DNA of 64,000 bases from assembly GCA_964016885.1 (NCBI GenBank), contig OZ024743.1, forward strand, positions 275,652,001 through 275,716,000, written 5' to 3'. The position numbers and the translations under genes are program-made. Within the stretch, counting starts at the first letter, position 1. Each line of letters opens with the position of its first letter. The notes under the pieces were generated by a model, which was given only the letters and a program-made list of their open reading frames with translations, did no database searches and was not told the DNA's origin. Below are positions 57,701 through 64,000 of this stretch, one piece after another. Origin of the DNA: Eledone cirrhosa. Lineage: Eukaryota.

Positions 57701-59462
57701 TGTAATACTGGTGGAGTGGTGTGTTGTAATACTGGTGGAGTGGTGTGGTGTAATACTGGTGGAGTGGTGTGGTGTAATACTGGTGGTGTGGTGTGGTGTA
57801 ATACTGGTGGAGTGGTGTGTTGTAATACTGGTGGTATGGTGTAATACTGGTGGAGTGGTGTGGTGTAATACTGGTGGATTGGTGTGGTGTAATACTGGTG
57901 GAGTGGTGTGGTGTAATACTGGTGCAGTGGTATGGTGTAATACTGGTGTTGTGGTGTGGTGTAATACTGGTGGAGTGATGTGGTGTAATACTGGTGGAGT
58001 GGTGTGGTGTAATACTGGTGGATTGGTGTGGTGTAATACTGGTGGAGTGGTGTGGTGTAATACTGGTGGAGCGGAGTGGTGTAATACTGGTGGAGTGGTG
58101 TTATACTGGTGGAGTGGTGTGGTGTAATACTGGTGTAGTGGAGTGGTGTAATACTGGTGGAGTGGTGTGGTGTAATACTGGTGGAGTGGTGTGGTGTAAT
58201 ACTGGTGGAGTGGTGTGTTGTAATACTGGTGAACTGGTGTAGTGTAATACTGGTGGAGTGGTGTGGTGTAATACTGGTGTTGTGGTGTGTTGTAATACTG
58301 GTGGTATGGTGTAATACTGGTGGAGTGGTGTGGTGTAATACTGGTGGAGTGGTGTAGTGTAATACTGGTGGAGTGGTGTGTTGTAATACTGGTGGTGTGG
58401 TGTAATACTGGTGGAGTGGTGTGTTGTAATACTGGCGGAGTGGTGTGGTATAATACTGGTGGAGTGGTGTGGTGGAGTGGTGTGGTGGAGTGGTGTGTTG
58501 TAATACTGGTGGAGTGGTGTGGTGTAATACTGGTGGGGTGGTGTGGTGTAATACTGGTGGAGTGGTGTAATACTGGTGGAGTGGTGTGGTGTAATACCGG
58601 TGGAGTGGTGTGGTGTAATACTGGTGGAGTGGTGTGGTGTGGTGTAATACTGGTGGAGTGGTGTGTTGTAATACTGGTGGAGTGGTGTGGTGTAATACTG
58701 GTGGTGTGGTCTGGTTTAATACTGGTGGTGTGGTGTGGTGTAATACTGGTGGAGTGGTGTGGTGTAATACCAGTGAAGTGGTGTGGTTTAATACTGGTGG
58801 AGTGGAGTGGTGTGGTGTAATACTGGTGGAGTGGTGTGTTGTAATACTGGTGGAGTGGTGTGTTGTAATACTGGTGGAGTGGTGTGGTGTAATACTGGTG
58901 GTGTGGTGTGGTGTAATACTGGTGGAGTGGTGTGTTGTAATACTGGTGGAGTGCTGTGTTGTAATACTGGTGGAGTGGTGTGGTGTAATACTGGTGGAGT
59001 GGTGTAATACTGGTGGAGTCGAGTGGTATGGTGTAATACTGGTGGAGTGGTGTGGTGTAATACTGGTGGAGTGGTGTGGTGTAATACTGGTGGAGTGGTG
59101 TAATACTGGTGGAGTGGTGTGGTGTAATACTGGTGGAGTGGTGTGGTGTAATACTGGTGGAGTGGTGTGTTGTAATACTGGTGGACTGGTGTAGTGTAAT
59201 ACTGGTGGAGTGGTGTGGTGTAATACTGGTGTTGTGGTGTGGTGTAATACTGGTGGAGTGATGTGGTGTAATACTGGTGTTGTGGTGTGGTGTAATACTG
59301 GTGGAGTGGTGTGGTGTAATACTGGTGGATTGGTGTGGTGTAATACTGGTGGAGTGGTGTGGTGTAATACTGGTGGAGTGGAGTGGTGTAATACTGGTGG
59401 AGTGGTGTGGTGTAATACTGGTGGAGTGGTGTGGTGTAATACTGGTGGAGTGGTGTGGTGTG
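54708..59462. repeat. G-rich minisatellite, 24-bp unit GTAATACTGGTGGAGTGGTGTGGT (~200 copies)
   Basis: Read directly; 19- and 29-bp variants arise by loss or gain of one 5-mer. Confidence 0.98.
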
Positions 59463-60192
59463 TTTTTGTTGTGTGCTGTGGTTGTGTTGTATTGTGGTGT
59501 GATGAGGTGTGATTGTGTTTTGTGTGGTGTGTTGTGTTGTAGTGTTGCATGGTTGTGTGGTGTGTTGTGTTGTGCTGTAGTGTTGCATGGTTGTGTGGTG
59601 TGGTGTGTTGTGGTTGTGTGGTGTGGTGTGTTGTAGTTGTGTGGTGTGTTGTGTTGTAGTGTTGCATGGTTGTGTGGTGTGGTGTGTTGTGGTTGTGTGG
59701 TTTGTTGTGTTGTAGTGTTGCATGGTTGTGTGGTGTGGTGTGTTGTGGTTGTGTGATGTGTTGTGTTGTAGTGTTGCATGGTTGTGTGGTGTGGTGTGTT
59801 GTGGTTGTGTGGTTTGTTGTGTTGTAGTGTTGCATGGTTGTGTGGTGTGGTGTGTTGTGGTTGTGTGGTGTGTTGTGTTGTAGTGTTGTGTGGTGTGGTG
59901 TGGTGGTGTGCTGTGCTTGTGGTGGTATGTGGTTGTAGTTGTGGTGGTGTGTGGTGTGGTGTGTTGTGGTTGTGTGGTGTGTTGTGTTGTAGTGTTGTGT
60001 GATGTGGTGTGGTGGTGTGCTGTGCTTGTGGTGGTATATGGTTGTAGATGTGGTGGTGTGTGGTGTGGTGTGTTGTGGTTGTGTGGTGTGTGGTGTTGTA
60101 GTGTTGTGTGGTGGTGTGCTGTGCTTGTGGTGGTATGTGGTTGTAGATGTGGTGGTGTGTGGTTGTAGTTGTGGTGGTGTGTGGTGTGGTTG
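59463..60192. repeat. Degenerate GT-rich pentamer array with longer higher-order units
   Basis: GGTGT/GTTGT 5-mers with recurring GTAGTGTTGCATGGTTG and GTGCTGTGCTTGTGGTGGTAT blocks. Confidence 0.95.
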
Positions 60193-60310
60193 TATAGAAT
60201 GGTCTGGTTGAAATGAAAACAGGCCCAGAAAGGCTCCATATCAAACTGTTCATTAGTGCTAAATACTTATGGATTATGTATTAGTTCTGGGTATCTGTAT
60301 ATATAGTGTA

Positions 60311-60468
60311 GGCAGCGAATTGACAGAGTCGTTAGAACGTCAAATAGAAAGCTTTGTACCTTCATTTCGGCTCTCTACTCTCTGAGTTCAAATTTCACCG
60401 AGGTCAACTTTGCCTTTCATCCATTAATGGTTGATAAAAAAAAAGTACCAGTGAAGTACTGGGGTTGA
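60311..60468 (+). mobile_element. Diverged SINE family A
   Basis: CTGAGTTCAAATTTCACCGAGGTCAACTTTGCCTTTCATCC...AAGTACCAG. Confidence 0.8.
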
Positions 60469-60844
60469 TTCTTCCTCTATATATTTTTCTCATTTCGTCT
60501 CTCACTTCCTATCTTTCTTTGGAAGAAATCTGCTGTACTCAGGCCTGGAGAAGGATGGGCTCCGCCAGGCTTAAAATGCCCAAGAAACGCTGTATGTCAA
60601 TACAGCTCCCCTACAACTCTATTAGGAGTTACAGGACCATACATACATATATGGTGTTCATTATGTACTTGCAAATAACAGAACAGATTAAAAGAAGTAG
60701 AATTTGAGGTGAGTAAACCTTTACAAAATTGTACACCCATGACAACTGGACCATCTGACTCCCTCCTCTAATTTGCTCATGTTTAGTAGAGAATAAAATT
60801 TACATATAATTCTTCGCCCACTTATTCAGAGAGGGTCGTGGAAG

Positions 60845-61365
60845 CAGAGTCCTCAAACACTCCTTCCAACGGGTCATGTCAGGAGAAACCGTCTCCAACT
60901 GATCCAGCTGGATCCCCATGCGTGACTAGCCAAGTTCATCCAACCGTTATCCAACCATCTTGCTTGGGGACTACCCCAGTTGGTTTTGCCTGTAAAATCT
61001 GTCCAGCAATTTTTTCCTGAGACATTCTAACCCCATGCCCGTAGTATCGGTGCTATAATCTTTCAATTTGAAGAAGTTGCGGCTCTACCTAGAGTGACTC
61101 TGATCTTCGATCTATCCACTTTATTGAGTAAGGTTACTCCAAAGACCCTTCAGAAGAATCCCATTTCGGCCATTTGTATCCGTGATTGTATTCTTTCAGT
61201 CATTACTCAAGATTCATGACCATAGGTAAGGGTTGGCACGAATACCAAATTGAAGATAGCGTGTTTGGCTTTTATTCTGATTACTGAATCCTGAAGCTAG
61301 CGCATTACTGCACCAGCTTTTGCAATACTTGCACTTAATTCAGCCTCCTGCCTTCCATCACTTAC
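60845..61365 (-). mobile_element. Old RTE-clade (Rex3/Expander-like) C-terminal remnant
   Basis: Minus strand reads SDGRQEAELSASIAKAGAVMR and PTLTYGHES*VMTERIQSRIQMAEMGF. Confidence 0.7.
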
Positions 61366-61902
61366 ATATGATTACAATTTTTTTTTTAAAAAGCGTATGA
61401 GGAGACATGCACACTCAATTACACATCACAACAAGGGGTGCTGGAGTTTCCCTCTAATAATTTTTAAAGCAAGTTAACACACTTGTAGCATTTTCATGGC
61501 TGATAGCAAGGCTAAGACACTGAAATAACCCAGCATCCTTGGAACAATGACAAGAGCCTTGTTTTCAGTAACTCAGGTCCCATAAATATCTTCAAGCTGA
61601 AAAAAAAAGTAGGTTGGTGAGAATAAAATATGCGAACAACCAGATTATTTGAGTGTTTTACAGGAGATTTATATACATAATTATTGTCTTCCTAAAAGAT
61701 AAAGGTCAGATAGTATATATCACACACTGTCAGAAGCAAATAAAGAGAAATTTCTCTGCTTCTCTATCCTTTTATCTCTTATTCTCCTCTGCCTTCAGAA
61801 GAGTGTGTGTGTGAATATATTTAAAAGAAAAGCAGTTAATTTATACACATTTGTGTATATATGTACATGTATATATATATATGTAATATATATGTATGTG
61901 TA

Positions 61903-61992
<90 letters not shown>

Positions 61993-62461
61993 TGTGTGTG
62001 TAAACATTTGAGAAGTAAAGTAATATATCTATTTGAGGCTTAAACTTCACAATTTGCTACTCTGAGCATCATGGCTCCAATTTCTCATGTGTCCTCCTCC
62101 TTCTCCTCTTCCTGATCATGATCATCATGATCGTTATCATCATCATCATCATCATTATTTTTATGTAAGCTTTTTTCTCTCCCAGCTATGACATATTTAT
62201 ATATGAAATAAATCACTGCGAAATATAAACTTGATGTTAACGTTGTATGTAAACAAAAGGAAGTGCTTTGATTGGTGAGAAACATTTGACAATGTTATGC
62301 ATGTCTCTATATATACAGCATCCATATGCTAAATCTGCTGGCAAGGGTTGGATTTATGGCAACAAAAACATTACCTATGGTTTTCAAATAAACAAGAATT
62401 TGTAGTGATTAAATAATATAACTAACTTTCTCATTACAAGGCTGGTGTTTGGGCCTTAACT

Positions 62462-62635
62462 GAAGGTGCATGGCTTAGTGGTTAGAGTCCAGGTCCTAAG
62501 CCGGGTGATGTATTCTGTTCTTGAGCAAGATGCTTCATTTCACATTGTTCCTTCTGCCAGGAATTGTGACTGGGAGATAGTATCAGCAATTGGAAAAACC
62601 AATGGATACATTGTTTCCTTGGTCTGATCTGACTA
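62462..62635 (+). mobile_element. SINE family C, diverged
   Basis: TGGCTTAGTGG head, CCTTGAGCAAG core, GCAATTGGAAAAACCAATGG tail. Confidence 0.75.
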
Positions 62636-63000
62636 GTTTCATCTCACTCGATAAGCAAATGAGGTCTGTGATCTTTTCAATTCATTGGAACATAACTTAA
62701 CAATGGTTTTAAAATAAAATTATGATGGAAGGTTTGTAGCTAAATATAAACAAACAGTATTGTAGCATGGAGCAAGGAACAGTTTGAGACAGTTTGGTAT
62801 CAAAAGGGTTAACATTAGAAAAATACATTGTCAAATATGTACATGAGTCATGTTGAAACTTTAGTTTTTAGTGGCAATTATATTCAAAATATTTTCATTA
62901 ATTGGTTATGCAACGAAATAAACTACAGTCATCACGAGCAATTGAAGTGGATTTGGTAGGTATCAGCATACACCACCCTGTCCCTAATTATTGATGACAC

Positions 63001-63031
<31 letters not shown>

Positions 63032-63154
63032 TGGCTCTTTAGTATTTTACGTGCTGATGCTAAGTGCACATACAAATATTTTACATTTACTGTGCAGCTG
63101 ATGGGCAACATATAGGTCTGGGGCATTTAATCTAATGCAGACAAAGTATATATA

Positions 63155-64000
63155 ACTTTGACTCCTTCATCATCCGACCTGGCTCCCCACTCCTACTTTT
63201 CACCCTCGACATCAAGTCCCTATACCCTGTCGTCCCCAATACCAAAGGTCTCTTGCAAAACTTCCTTAACCTTAGCCCCTCCCTTCTACCTTCCACCTCT
63301 ACTCTTATTTGCTTAGCCAAGTTGGTCCTCTTCCTCAAATGTTTCTCCTTCTTGGGTGAGATTTACCAGCAGACGATGACGGTGGCCATGGGTACAAGAA
63401 TAGGCCCCAGCTACGCCAACTTATTTGTTGGCTACATTGAGACACAAATCTTTTCTTAATACTCTGGCCCAACCCCCAAGCTGTACAGTCGGTACATTGA
63501 CAACTGTTTTGGCGCCAGATCTCTCACCCGAACCCAGCTCAACTCCTTTTTGTCCTTTCTCTGCTTTTCCACACCACCTCTATCTCTACTTCTGTTAACT
63601 TCCTGGACATCTCTGTAACCATTGATCCCTCCAATCATTCCCTCATCACCCCCGCCTACTCCCACACCTCAGACTCCCACACCTACCTCGACTTCTTCTC
63701 CTCATACCCCACCCACACCAAACACTCCATCCCCTATTCCCAATTCATCCGTCTACACCGCCTGTGTAGTTGAATCCATGATTTTGAGATTCAGTCTCAT
63801 TAGATGGCCAGACTTTTCACTAGACGTGGGTACCTCCCTATCCTGATACAAGTCGTCCTCACCTGTGCCCGTGGCGTCACTCGCACCACTGCCCTTACTC
63901 CACGCTACCACCCCTACTAACCAACTGCTCTTCCCCCTCACTACCACACTTATACCTTGCCCCTCCAGAAGACGATCCTCTGTCTTTTCTGCTGCCTACT
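63155..64000 (+). mobile_element. Penelope-like element reverse transcriptase remnant
   Basis: LFTLDIKSLYP, FSFLGEIYQQ..VAMGTRIGPSYANLFVGYIE, YSRYIDN, FLDISV, HTKHSIPYSQFIRLHR; stops and frameshifts; begins after a short (TA)n. Confidence 0.9.

Noticed and set aside
54708-59462. CRISPR-like array
   Set aside because: Head-to-tail repeats with no unique spacers, no cas genes, and a eukaryotic context.
54708-59462. Chi-like CTGGTGG in each unit
   Set aside because: Only a 7/8 match to a bacterial signal, expected by chance in a GGT-rich repeat.
54677-60253. 1858-aa and 1354-aa His/Thr/Pro-rich ORFs
   Set aside because: The minus strand of the repeat has no stop codon in any frame, and 19/29-bp variants shift the peptide register freely, so the openness needs no coding selection.
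61420-61610. Strong minus-strand splice acceptor (T9-CAG)
   Set aside because: All three frames stop shortly after it; no supportable coding exon.

Overview
Repeat-dense, AT-rich animal DNA. The SINE/RTE repertoire and (TA)n load look like a cephalopod (octopus-type) genome; this is an inference. Only one convincing host gene is present: an intronless SLC3-family (4F2hc/CD98hc/rBAT-like) heavy chain on the minus strand (7602-9503), with a catalytically dead GH13 domain. The rest is mostly mobile DNA: several RTE-clade LINEs (one with an uninterrupted ~940-aa EN-RT frame and a PHD-type finger inside the RT), CR1-type LINEs, an R4/Dong-like element inside (TAA)n, an internally deleted Helitron, a Penelope-like RT remnant, two tRNA-derived SINE groups, MITEs, microsatellites and a ~4.7-kb 24-bp G-rich minisatellite. 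The most notable unexplained signal is a set of short non-coding elements lodged in or beside (TA)n/AT-rich tracts. They carry hand-foldable type-I hammerhead ribozyme motifs (about 3.4, 5.8, 45.7, 46.0 and 48.3 kb), often with a long inverted copy of their own end, and are best read as non-autonomous Penelope-like/retrozyme-like elements. All folds, family names and boundaries were assigned by eye and need computational and experimental confirmation.
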